Shown here: in pieces, positions 8,893-18,179 of the stretch | Numbering within the stretch: position 1 is the stretch's first letter | How the letters are laid out: every line of letters starts with the position of its first letter | IMG/VR virus record: IMGVR_UViG_3300025018_000102 | Location: 86,132-150,131 of that record | From: a virus | Strand: one strand, 5' to 3' | DNA length: 64,000 bases | Notes under the pieces: generated by a model | Told to the model about the DNA's origin: nothing | Databases searched by the model: none | The model's input: the letters and a program-made list of their open reading frames with translations, nothing else | Made by a program: the position numbers and the translations under genes

Positions 8893-8921
8893 ATCCTAAC
8901 ACCGAGGTGCTAGGTGCGCAA
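8893..8921 (-). promoter_or_regulatory. sigma70-like promoter for tRNA cluster
   Basis: TTGCGC-N17-TAGGAT with TGn extension; 6 nt gap to the tRNA-Met 5' end. Confidence 0.6.
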
Positions 8922-8954
8922 GGTCCTTTCCACGTTGTGTTGCTCATGACCAGC

Positions 8955-8988
8955 AAAAAAGAAGGAGCACCGTGTCCGTGCTCCTTCT
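8955..8988 (-). terminator. Intrinsic terminator after tail tube gene
   Basis: GAAGGAGCAC-loop-GTGCTCCTTC followed by T6. Confidence 0.8.
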
Positions 8989-9064
8989 AGTGTCGGGGGT
9001 TTTCTTCCCTTGGTAGCCAACACAACCAAGCATATCCCCTAGGGTTTAGCTAGAGTTGGAAGGC

Positions 9065-9487
9065 CTAGGCCGGGATGTCGAATTCGTCGTAGTGGCGTAT
9101 TGCCACGAAGCTCACAGCGGTCTGGACAAGTCCTCGGGCCGTGACGTCAAAGTTCTGCGCTGCCGCTCGAACCCCAGTAAAGAGCGCAATAGTCTGCCCC
9201 GTGACCGAGTCCTGCACGGCGGCCTCGAGATCTCCGGACGTGATGATCTCTTCAAGCCGAGGGATAATGCCCAACTTCTTGAGGCTCTCTCCGACCACTC
9301 GGAACACCTGGGCATTCAGAGAAACTCGGTAAGCCACTGGAACGTGTTCACGCACCTCCAAGTAGTTGAGGGTATCCACTGGCTCGTAGTCGATTTCCTC
9401 ACTGCCAGACATTCCGCCGGCGAAGCCGATTGGATTGCTGTTGATTAGGAAGAGAGCGCGGGCTCCTGAAAATGTCTTACTTGCCAA
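9065..9487 (-). CDS. Tail tube protein
   Basis: 140 aa downstream of sheath; 'SGARA...IGFA...EHVPVAY.VSL' pattern resembling tubes of SPO1-like myoviruses; TTG start with AGGAG SD. Confidence 0.8.
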   Translation of the reverse strand: MASKTFSGARALFLINSNPIGFAGGMSGSEEIDYEPVDTLNYLEVREHVPVAYRVSLNAQVFRVVGESLKKLGIIPRLEEIITSGDLEAAVQDSVTGQTIALFTGVRAAAQNFDVTARGLVQTAVSFVAIRHYDEFDIPA

Positions 9488-9619
9488 AGTTTTCTCCTAG
9501 TATAAGTTCTTAGAGTATAACACTTCTTGGAACTTAGGTCACTATAGGTTTATGTTGCCCCATTGAGAGAATCAGGAAGTAGGGGACGGAGGGACGGGGC
9601 GCCCCCTACTTCCCGAAGT

Positions 9620-10852
9620 TTAGGCGGGAAGAACGAGGCCTTCGACAGCCTTCTGAGCCTGCTTGAGCAGGTAGGCCATGAAAGCGTTGTTCGCGTGCCC
9701 ACCCCCTGGGTGGGTGTTGGCAAGTTCGAAGTTGCCTGGACGGAAGTCCGTTGTAGGCTCCACGATCTGGAACGCGGTAGCGGCAGCAGGTGCCGAACTG
9801 AGCGCCTTGGCCAGCAGGAACGAATCGGAGGTGTTGCCCACGATGCGCCGAGTCTCGCCGGCGATGACCAGGTTCTTGCCCTTGAACCCGTCGACGCGCA
9901 TAGTGTCCACAGACTTCACAAGGGTGTCTGTGCTGCCTGCAGCAGTCTCAACTGCGGAGCGGGACAGGACACGTACAGGGACTGTTGTGTTGCCCACCTG
10001 CTCGATGAGTTTGGCAATGGCGTCAAGAGCGACTCGAGTCTCACCGTACACAGAGCCAGCTGGGGCGTCGCCCTTTGACTTGTCCGAGCCCTCGTAAAGG
10101 CTTGCAAGTTCGGGAGCGACCAGAAGCAACTCGATGGTGAAAGTGTCCGTGTTGGCGACGGCTGCCGGTAGAGTGCGGGTGAAGGTGAAGGTCGTTGCGT
10201 TGTGGCTTCCCACATAGGCAACCTCGCCCCTCAGGCCTGCTGTCGTGGTGTCGTCAGCAAAGGTGACCTTCGCTCCAACATACTCTCCTCCATTGGGGAT
10301 AGAGGCCACAACCGCAGTGGTGGTCGTTCCACCAGTAGCAGTCAGGGATGCCGAACAAGCGTCCTGAAGAAGTTCAAGGAAGATCGCGAGGTCCTGTGCG
10401 CGGAGGTAACCCCCGCCTACTGGAGCACCTTGGCCCGAAGCGGAGTTGGATCCACCTGAGAAGGTAGTGGCCGCGATAGGGTTTGTGATCTCGTTGGCCG
10501 ACTGAGTTGTGACCCGCGCAGACACTTCTGGAAGGGCTGCATTGATGGCCGCCGCAACCCTGTTCATCGTGTTGGCCGTAGCAGTAGCTGCACCGGCCGT
10601 GACAGCAAGTGCCACGGTGATGGCTGTGCCAGACTTGGTAACGGCGAGGGCTGAGGTGCCGGCGGGCTCGGTGACTGCAATCGTCCACGAGTTGCCAAAC
10701 GAGCCGGGCTCGTCGAGTTCAACAGTGATGACCCCACCTGCGACGGTTGACGCAAGGGTCGCTGACGCACGTGAGCCGGCATCTTGGCCAAACCGAAGGC
10801 TGTCAGTGACGCGCCGCATGAAGGTCGAGGTTTCTGGGGGTAGCAAAGGCAT
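9620..10852 (-). CDS. Tail-associated structural/decoration protein sharing domains with sheath and neck proteins
   Basis: Ala/Thr-rich beta domains alignable by eye to the sheath and to 16056..18179 and 18179..19120; AGGAG SD. Confidence 0.6.
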   Translation of the reverse strand: MPLLPPETSTFMRRVTDSLRFGQDAGSRASATLASTVAGGVITVELDEPGSFGNSWTIAVTEPAGTSALAVTKSGTAITVALAVTAGAATATANTMNRVAAAINAALPEVSARVTTQSANEITNPIAATTFSGGSNSASGQGAPVGGGYLRAQDLAIFLELLQDACSASLTATGGTTTTAVVASIPNGGEYVGAKVTFADDTTTAGLRGEVAYVGSHNATTFTFTRTLPAAVANTDTFTIELLLVAPELASLYEGSDKSKGDAPAGSVYGETRVALDAIAKLIEQVGNTTVPVRVLSRSAVETAAGSTDTLVKSVDTMRVDGFKGKNLVIAGETRRIVGNTSDSFLLAKALSSAPAAATAFQIVEPTTDFRPGNFELANTHPGGGHANNAFMAYLLKQAQKAVEGLVLPA

Positions 10853-10882
10853 GAGTTATTTCTCCTGAAAAGTGAGTCTAGA

Positions 10883-13468
10883 TTAGGCGGACTGAGTTGC
10901 GAGTTGTAGGAAGATTTCCGAAAGTTGGAAGTTCACACCCAGTACTGGGAAGATCCCTACCCGAAGACGAAGGACATCACCGTCGATGTAAACCTTGAGG
11001 TTGTGGTAAGCCCGAATGGTTATGCCGGTGGCTGGGTCGGTGCTGTCCACGATGATGTTCGCATCACGGAACGCCTCGAACTGAGCTGCGGCAGCCTCTC
11101 GAACGATGCCGGGAAGGGCTGGGGAAGCCTTCTTGCCGGTGAACCGATCCTCGATGAGGGTCCGGGTGTTGTAGGCCACGTAGCGCACAACCGACCGTAC
11201 TGAACCCTCCGAGTAGCAAAGGTTGTCGTCCTTGACCCATGAGGTCAGGTCTCGAACCCATCGTGTCCCCTTTCCGGGGATGGTCTCCGCGAAGAACGCA
11301 CCAGCTCGGATGAGGTCTGCCGCGTCTGTGGCGTCCGAAGGATTCCATGAGGAGTCCTGGGTAATCCCGCTGGTACGGATGTACTTGTGGGTGAGAGGCT
11401 CACCAATCTCTTGGACGCCCGCGCGCATTGAAGCGCCCATCATGGCCTGGGACCGAGGACCTTGACGGACAAGGGTGCCTGAGGAATCTACCACGTTCGG
11501 GTACTGCGAGCAGACTTGGATGTCGGCATCGTTGAGGCTGTTGAGGGCTGCGATGTACTCTGCCTTCGTGCCCTTGAAGCCGATGAATGCCCCTCGCTCA
11601 AGGCCGATGGCCCCGCGAGCTGAAGCCACGTGGGCTAGGAGTTGCTGAGACACGGAGGCCCAAGTTGCCGTTGAGCCGAAGCCCTCGTTGGCTAGGTCCT
11701 CGTCGATCATCGGAACGATCTCGTTGACTTGCCGAGTAAGCATCAGGTCGAATGCGGCCTGCCACGAACTGTTCGAACTTGTGCCTCGCGTTCCGCCCTC
11801 AAGGGAGAAAGCGGTTGCGAAGGTGTAGTCTGTACTCACCTCGTCGACGGGCATAGCGGCGCCGTCTGCAGCATTTGCGCCGTAGCGTGCTGCTGTTGCG
11901 TAGAGTCCAGTTCCGACGAACCAAGCAACCACCTCAGCCAGGCTCTGGGTGAACCCAGTATCGCCGTTACGTGAGATCTGCTTTTGGATGTTCACGGAGA
12001 TGTTGGGTCCGAAGTCGAACGCGCTGGCTAGGGTTGTAGCCGCGTTTACTCCAGCACCAGGGGCCGCAACATAACTCGAGTTCTGGTTGATTTGGTCAAT
12101 CAGGCTCTGCAGGGTGTCGGTTGGGGCGATGGTGATGGCAAGGTTGTCCCCTGCCACCCCGGTGATGGCCGTAGTCAACTGGGTAGCTGCGCCTGATGCA
12201 CCTGTGATGGACGCGGTGGCTTCTGTGACGTTCTTGATCGCGACCTGCACGGTGCCGGTTGTGGCCCCCTGGACAGCTGCGAGGAACGCGGCGCTCAGGC
12301 CTGGGCTCTCGAGAGTGAGTGCTGTGGCTGTGTTGCTCGTGATACGAACCTGCTCGGATAGGCCTGTAGCCGGGTCGGTAAGAACAACAGTTGCCCCATC
12401 ATGTGCGCTTGGAGTAAGCCCACCAGCGGTGAGAGTGACCAGCGTTGCTGTAGTCGCCGAAGGTGTGGTGACAGTGTCCACTGCAACCGCATTGGCCCCG
12501 CCTCGGTACTGGAGTTGGAGCACTGCGTTGCCTCCAAGCGAACCCGACAGCTGGGAGTCGCCCTCAAATCCGATGGCAGCTTGGTACGCGCCAGTGGACG
12601 AGTTGAACACGACGTCTGCAGTCACACCCTCGGTGTGGGCTCCGTAGTCCTTCGAGGTCACTGTGAAGAGCGTAGGCCGCACGATCACGGGGTCGCTTGC
12701 AGCCGGGGCAGCAGGGAACGCCTGTGTGAGGGAAATCACAGTGGCGGTGTTCGAGGCCACCTTGCGGCGGTACGTAGGAAGCACGACGAAATCGTCAGTA
12801 GCTGCAACAGCTGCTGGAAGCGTCTCAGCGAACGTGATGGTAGTTCCATCGTTTGCGAGAACAGTTGCCGCCACATCTTGAAGGGCAACAGTGGTAGTGG
12901 CCGAGTCAAAGAGCACAATCTGCCCAACGTACGCGTCTGCTACTGAGGCCACGACGGCTGTCTTTGTGGTTCCGCCTGTAGCGATGAGTGAGGCAACTGG
13001 GGGGAGCGACGCGAAGCCTACGTCCACCCAACGGTCTGTCAGTGCGGCGGCGGTGAGTCCCCCAGCGGTTACTGTGACCGCGGTGGTCGTAGACGCGCCC
13101 GTAGAAGTGTCGGAGACCAACGAGCCGAAGCTGTCTGGGATGTGCACGCTCGACTGAGTTGAGTCGTTGACCTTGTAGATCACTACTTCGGCAGCACCAC
13201 CTGGGACATTCGGGTCTCCTGAAGACTGGAAGGCTAGACGAATGGCGTCGACAAGGGCTCCATCTCGGAACAAGTCCTTTGCTCGGGAGGGGTCCGTAAG
13301 CGACACGAGGCCACCCACCGATCCGGGGGTGCCTCCAGTGGATTCAGCGATGATGCCGACCGTACCCGCAGACGAGATACCTACTTGGTTGAGGGCGTCT
13401 GCGTTGACTTTGAGGATCCCACCTGGACGGTAGCGAGTGATACCGTTAAAAGTTATTGAGCGAGTCAT
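10883..13468 (-). CDS. Tail sheath protein
   Basis: 861 aa; N-term 'FNG...RPGG', C-term 'GEPLTHKY...SVRSV...IEDRFTGK...FPVLGVNF' sheath pattern; upstream of tube. Confidence 0.88.
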   Translation of the reverse strand: MTRSITFNGITRYRPGGILKVNADALNQVGISSAGTVGIIAESTGGTPGSVGGLVSLTDPSRAKDLFRDGALVDAIRLAFQSSGDPNVPGGAAEVVIYKVNDSTQSSVHIPDSFGSLVSDTSTGASTTTAVTVTAGGLTAAALTDRWVDVGFASLPPVASLIATGGTTKTAVVASVADAYVGQIVLFDSATTTVALQDVAATVLANDGTTITFAETLPAAVAATDDFVVLPTYRRKVASNTATVISLTQAFPAAPAASDPVIVRPTLFTVTSKDYGAHTEGVTADVVFNSSTGAYQAAIGFEGDSQLSGSLGGNAVLQLQYRGGANAVAVDTVTTPSATTATLVTLTAGGLTPSAHDGATVVLTDPATGLSEQVRITSNTATALTLESPGLSAAFLAAVQGATTGTVQVAIKNVTEATASITGASGAATQLTTAITGVAGDNLAITIAPTDTLQSLIDQINQNSSYVAAPGAGVNAATTLASAFDFGPNISVNIQKQISRNGDTGFTQSLAEVVAWFVGTGLYATAARYGANAADGAAMPVDEVSTDYTFATAFSLEGGTRGTSSNSSWQAAFDLMLTRQVNEIVPMIDEDLANEGFGSTATWASVSQQLLAHVASARGAIGLERGAFIGFKGTKAEYIAALNSLNDADIQVCSQYPNVVDSSGTLVRQGPRSQAMMGASMRAGVQEIGEPLTHKYIRTSGITQDSSWNPSDATDAADLIRAGAFFAETIPGKGTRWVRDLTSWVKDDNLCYSEGSVRSVVRYVAYNTRTLIEDRFTGKKASPALPGIVREAAAAQFEAFRDANIIVDSTDPATGITIRAYHNLKVYIDGDVLRLRVGIFPVLGVNFQLSEIFLQLATQSA

Positions 13469-13490
13469 GCGTATATATTCCTAAAAAGTC

Positions 13491-13730
13491 TTAGTAGTCA
13501 GCGAAAAGGTTGTCCCAAACCGCGATAGGCCTGGGTTGTCCGGAGTTCGATACGTGTGCCTGCATTCCGAGCCGGTGAGAGTCCTTGACTCCTCGCATGG
13601 TTGCCCATGTCTGAAAGGAGACACACTTTGGAAGCGGAGGAAGGACAGGGCGTGCCTTAGCCTTAGGAACTTCTTTCTTCTCCTCAGGATCTTCTGAAAT
13701 CTTCAAAGCTGTTTTTGTCTGTTTTGGCAT
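13491..13730 (-). CDS. Small hypothetical protein
   Basis: 79 aa, packed between completion and sheath genes. Confidence 0.6.
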   Translation of the reverse strand: MPKQTKTALKISEDPEEKKEVPKAKARPVLPPLPKCVSFQTWATMRGVKDSHRLGMQAHVSNSGQPRPIAVWDNLFADY

Positions 13731-13731
13731 G

Positions 13732-14757
13732 TTAGATTATAACATCAAAGCTTAGTTCTGTACAAGATTCACCCGTCTCAGGGTTATCTGTGTTGAGTTC
13801 AATGGCGAAACTTGTTGCTACGGCTATTTCTTCGTTGTATGAGAAAGGATAAGTGAAGTTAAGAATCATCACCCTCTGGAACACTTCCGAAGGGAGAAAG
13901 TCTGTTCTAGGAGCGTAATCCGATCCGGAGATCTTCAAAGCCATCAACCCCTGCCGCTCCATGTAGGCCTTCTGTGAGAAGAAGATCGCCTTGAGGATGT
14001 TGTAGAGGTAGATGGTCTCGTCCTGGTGACCAGCAATCACGGAAAGCTGGTACTGAACATCATAGTTTGCGCCTTTGCGAAACACGGTGGTACCAGCTGT
14101 GTAACTTCGTGAGGGTTCACCAGCTATGTCTTTACCCTCAGCAGATCGGATGTCGATCTTGGAGGAACTACTTAAGTGTGGCTCAAAAGCACCCTCTATG
14201 TCAATAGAAGAATAGCCTAAGTTGGATATTAGGCCAACTTGGCCTTTACCGGCCCCATCCACGATGTAGGCGTCGTACAACCCTGGGGTTGGACCTCGAG
14301 CAAATTCCTGAAGGCAGGCTACGTCCTCACCAGCAAATGTGACTGTGGTGACTCCGCGGGCAGCATTGTAGGTAGCGGAGACAACTGTCAGAGGACCCAG
14401 GGCCTTAGGAGGCAGACCATCCAGCCCACTAACTGATGCGCCATGTCCCGTTCCAGTATCGTATGGGTTATCGTCAATGTCGTATAGGCCGCTTGATCCC
14501 ATATGATCCCCCAGAAAAGTCTGTGCCTCTCGTTCATTCTTGAGTACGATCGCGATGGTAGGCGTATGTAGGGCATCAGCTCTAGGGTAGTTGAATGTAA
14601 GGTGAATCGACTTCTCGTTCACAAACTTCTTGATGGTTTCGAGGGTATCCCTGTCGAGATCCACAAAAATGGACTCTAGGATTCGGTTGTCTCGACGCAG
14701 AGTGCGGATGCCGTTAGTCAGCACTTTGTGGAGGATTACCTCTGGCATAACACTCAT
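13732..14757 (-). CDS. Putative tail completion/terminator protein
   Basis: Position between neck and sheath genes; ATGA overlap with upstream gene. Confidence 0.6.
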   Translation of the reverse strand: MSVMPEVILHKVLTNGIRTLRRDNRILESIFVDLDRDTLETIKKFVNEKSIHLTFNYPRADALHTPTIAIVLKNEREAQTFLGDHMGSSGLYDIDDNPYDTGTGHGASVSGLDGLPPKALGPLTVVSATYNAARGVTTVTFAGEDVACLQEFARGPTPGLYDAYIVDGAGKGQVGLISNLGYSSIDIEGAFEPHLSSSSKIDIRSAEGKDIAGEPSRSYTAGTTVFRKGANYDVQYQLSVIAGHQDETIYLYNILKAIFFSQKAYMERQGLMALKISGSDYAPRTDFLPSEVFQRVMILNFTYPFSYNEEIAVATSFAIELNTDNPETGESCTELSFDVII

Positions 14758-15266
14758 TTGGTCACCTCGTCGATGAGTATCTCAATGTGCTTGGGAATGA
14801 GATTGTCCATGATTTCCCGGTGGACGTCTGTGGCGATGTCCACCCCCTTGAAGCCTGGGTGAATCCAGGAGTTGGCAGGGGAGTTCTCTGTCACTGTACG
14901 GAGGGCTACTGGGGCTCCGATTTTGTCAATGGGAATGATGTTGTACCGGCCCTTTGGGCCCATCCTTGCCTTAGGACCTGCCAGCATGCCTGGTTTCATG
15001 TCGAATGGCTCAAAGCCTGCTTCAATGTCGTTGGCTACTTTGCCCTCAAGTTCGAGTGACCACCCATCATTGCCTTGACGAATACGCAAGGCGTCCTGGT
15101 ACACGTCGCGCCGCTTATCCTTGAGGCGACGACCAGCTTCCGATTCCCAGAAGTTGCGGGCCTCTCGAACGATGTCCGCTACCGTCTCAGGAATACGAGC
15201 AACAATCTCCTCAGTCCCAAAGAGGTCGTCTGGGATCTCTACGCTTATTCGAGTGTTGATGTTCAT
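14754..15266 (-). CDS. Putative neck protein
   Basis: 'FDMKPG...WIHPG' motifs; neck-module synteny. Confidence 0.6.
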   Translation of the reverse strand: MNINTRISVEIPDDLFGTEEIVARIPETVADIVREARNFWESEAGRRLKDKRRDVYQDALRIRQGNDGWSLELEGKVANDIEAGFEPFDMKPGMLAGPKARMGPKGRYNIIPIDKIGAPVALRTVTENSPANSWIHPGFKGVDIATDVHREIMDNLIPKHIEILIDEVTK

Positions 15267-16054
15267 ACTTTTGTCGTCCTAGTGAAGGACTGTTCTTGAT
15301 CTCCACGCTTTGCGGCTGTGTCAAACTCGAAGTCGTTCTGTGCCGCAATGTGCACTTTCCGTAGGAGCACCCGCTGGCCCAAGGTCCTCCCCTGGTCAAA
15401 CCGGGTCATGGGAGAGGCGTACACGATCCACTCTAGGAACGCGTTGTACTTGATGGTGTACATCTGCCCGTCTCGGGGCCTGTTGTCGCCCCAGGTAAGG
15501 GTCTTCCCGTCAATACTGAAGTCGACCCCGTTGGTGTACAAAACCCCCTCATCGTCCTCGCACCAGGTGACGCAGTCGGCTTGATACCACAGGCGATCCT
15601 CAACGTTTGAAAGGCCCAGACTCCTGAGGGCGTTGTCGTTCAGGTTGGCCGAGTTGCGCATGATGATCTGGCCGCCTGAAACGGGGGCAGCGTAGCCCAG
15701 AGTGACCTTGTCGAAGTCCTGCACCTCCCGAGCCCGTAGGCTGGGGGAGAACACACAATCGCCAGGTACGGCGTACCCCATCTCAATGAGTTGGCGGTTG
15801 CGTCCTGACTCCACACTGGTGACCTGGCCCTTGATGACTGCTGCGTCTCGGTAAATCCAACCAAGTCCTCCGCACTGAGCACACCCATAGCGCCGCTGGG
15901 TCGCGGGCCTGTTTTGGTGCTCAATCATGGAGCCGTAAACGTCCTCGCCTCGGCAAGGGCACGCAATCCCGCGCTCGATGAGCACTTTGTCTCCTCGTGC
16001 TTGAATGTGGGCTTCAAGGATCTCGAAGTCCCAATCTGCGGATTCAAAACTCAT
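15263..16054 (-). CDS. Putative head-closure/neck protein with Zn-binding Cys motifs
   Basis: 'ACPC...CAQCGGLGWIY'; synteny. Confidence 0.65.
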   Translation of the reverse strand: MSFESADWDFEILEAHIQARGDKVLIERGIACPCRGEDVYGSMIEHQNRPATQRRYGCAQCGGLGWIYRDAAVIKGQVTSVESGRNRQLIEMGYAVPGDCVFSPSLRAREVQDFDKVTLGYAAPVSGGQIIMRNSANLNDNALRSLGLSNVEDRLWYQADCVTWCEDDEGVLYTNGVDFSIDGKTLTWGDNRPRDGQMYTIKYNAFLEWIVYASPMTRFDQGRTLGQRVLLRKVHIAAQNDFEFDTAAKRGDQEQSFTRTTKV

Positions 16055-16055
16055 G

Positions 16056-18179
16056 TTACCCTAGGATGCCCCACTTGAGGCCTCGGTATTTGGCGAGGTA
16101 CCGGTTCTTGTTATCGTCGAACCAGTCCTTGTGGGCTTGGATGGAAGCTGTGTAGATTCCGTACGTCTGCTGGGCCGTGTAGGACACGCTCATAGACACA
16201 CCGTCTCGTGAAGTGGAAACACTGCCTAGACCTGGCCGGAAAGCCGCAGCAAGGGCCGTGAGGGCCTCCATGGCGGCCTTCTTGGCAAGAAGTTCTTGAA
16301 GGTCTGGAGTCGCATCCCGTAGGCCGGCGATCATGTTGAAGTGCCAGAAGTTGGGCAGGTTGACGGCTCCTCGAATGGCGTTCACGCCGATGAGGCCAAG
16401 GAAGTCAAAAGCGGTCTCTTGGTTGTACGGAACAAGTTGCAGTAGCCCTCCGTGCTCTGAATGCTCAATCCACTCTAGGTCAATGTCGATGACACGAGTG
16501 TTTGCGATGGCCCCAAACAGAGAGTCCACTCTAAGCAACTTAGGGTAGGGAGTCTTGATGTTTACCCACGTATTGTTCGTAGGAATGTAGTACGTGAGAG
16601 GGCTCACGATGAAGTCGTAGTCCGTGTCCGTATAGATCGGAAGGGAATTGGCCACTCCAGCCGAGAACTGGATGGTGGTCGGGTCCGTATCCGTCACCAC
16701 GTTCGTGGGCTCTAGGAACACATTCTGCAGGAAGTCCTTCTCAATCCACGCAATGGCCTGGTCTAGATATCTTCCTAGAGTCGCATCGTCCATGGTCTGC
16801 TGGGTGATGAGCAGTTCTTCGACTGCGCCCGTAGTGGGCAACTCGGCCAAGGAGGACACGCGGATGCAGATGTACTCTGCGGAGTCTGTGTCTGCTTTGG
16901 CAAAGACACCCGAGGCGCCCGCTTTCAGAACCACCACGCCAGCGCCACGAATGACTACCAAAGGCCCGCCCTTCCAAGAGAGGGTGCGGAGGGTTGAGGT
17001 TGTGCCGCCCGTCATGATGCCTACAGAGGCAACCCCGATGGAGTCGACCCCTGTCCCGCTCGCAGTGGCGGAGAAGTCAGTTAGGCCATCTATTGCAGCA
17101 GCGATGAGGGTTGCCGTGTTTGCGGCCGGGACGGGCACTCCCGTGTTCACCGCAAGCGAGATCGTGAGCGAGGAGGCAGTAGCGGCCACAGACAGCCCGC
17201 TAGTACCCACAGGTACCTCCACGATCACGTCCACTCCGTTGCCCAGAGAACCTACAAGCCCCTCGATGCCCTCTATGGTCACAGTTCCGTTGGCTCCTGA
17301 GCCGATGTCCAGGGTGGCGTTTGTGAGCGGGTCCCTAAGGTAGCTGTACGCAAGGGAACCGAAGCCCTCTGCATGGGCAGGGTCTACCTCTGAGATCTCT
17401 ACCCCTGTGATGGTCGCGGGCTGGCTCTTAGGCATTTTGATGCTGGTCGCCTTGAGTGGAATACCGAATAGGTAGTCCTTCTTCAGCCGGGCAACGGAGA
17501 CGATTCGAATGTCAAAGTCGTCTGTTGTCGCAGACACCTCATCTGAGCCTCCAGTGAGCGCAACGGCTGCGGCGGCTGAGAGGGGATCCTCTCCAGTGCC
17601 GCTCGCCAGCGCGTAGATTGTAGAAGAATTTGCGTTGATTCGGGCGGCGATGAGTTGGGCTGTGTTGGCTGAGGCGGTTGGGACCCCGCCCACCGTGGCG
17701 AGCGTCACAGTGATTAGCGATCCCGCCTGAGTAACCAGCAGGGCAGATGTGCCCGCTCCTGCCACGACCTCGACACTGAGAAGGTCCCCATCGACCCCCG
17801 CGTCCCTTGCTGCGATGTACACGCTCCCGTTTGCTCCTGAGCCAATAGTGGCTGTGGAGGAGATGGCAGGCACGTACGCTTTGATGAAGTACTTGCCGTG
17901 ACGAATCAGCGAGATGAGGTCGGAGTCAACAAGGTCTGGTAGAAAGAACGAGGCAGACAGTTCTTGAGGGTCGTCATTGCCGTCAAGTTCTAGTGAACGA
18001 GTTGCCACAACTGCATCACGGGCCCGCCGGGCCTTGATCAAGTCCACAGTGATTGGCTCCCCCGAATAGGGAGAGCCTCCAACGGCAGAGACTGCTACGT
18101 TGATTGTGTCCAGACTCTTCTCGTACCTTGAGTACTCAGGCGAATCTGTGGTTACTGTGATGCTAGTTGGGATTGCCAT
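16056..18179 (-). CDS. Putative head-tail adaptor with two inserted beta-rich domains
   Basis: C-term 'GLGSVSTSRDGVSMSVSYT' adaptor-like motif; 707 aa with two internal Ala/Thr/Gly repeats. Confidence 0.6.
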   Translation of the reverse strand: MAIPTSITVTTDSPEYSRYEKSLDTINVAVSAVGGSPYSGEPITVDLIKARRARDAVVATRSLELDGNDDPQELSASFFLPDLVDSDLISLIRHGKYFIKAYVPAISSTATIGSGANGSVYIAARDAGVDGDLLSVEVVAGAGTSALLVTQAGSLITVTLATVGGVPTASANTAQLIAARINANSSTIYALASGTGEDPLSAAAAVALTGGSDEVSATTDDFDIRIVSVARLKKDYLFGIPLKATSIKMPKSQPATITGVEISEVDPAHAEGFGSLAYSYLRDPLTNATLDIGSGANGTVTIEGIEGLVGSLGNGVDVIVEVPVGTSGLSVAATASSLTISLAVNTGVPVPAANTATLIAAAIDGLTDFSATASGTGVDSIGVASVGIMTGGTTSTLRTLSWKGGPLVVIRGAGVVVLKAGASGVFAKADTDSAEYICIRVSSLAELPTTGAVEELLITQQTMDDATLGRYLDQAIAWIEKDFLQNVFLEPTNVVTDTDPTTIQFSAGVANSLPIYTDTDYDFIVSPLTYYIPTNNTWVNIKTPYPKLLRVDSLFGAIANTRVIDIDLEWIEHSEHGGLLQLVPYNQETAFDFLGLIGVNAIRGAVNLPNFWHFNMIAGLRDATPDLQELLAKKAAMEALTALAAAFRPGLGSVSTSRDGVSMSVSYTAQQTYGIYTASIQAHKDWFDDNKNRYLAKYRGLKWGILG

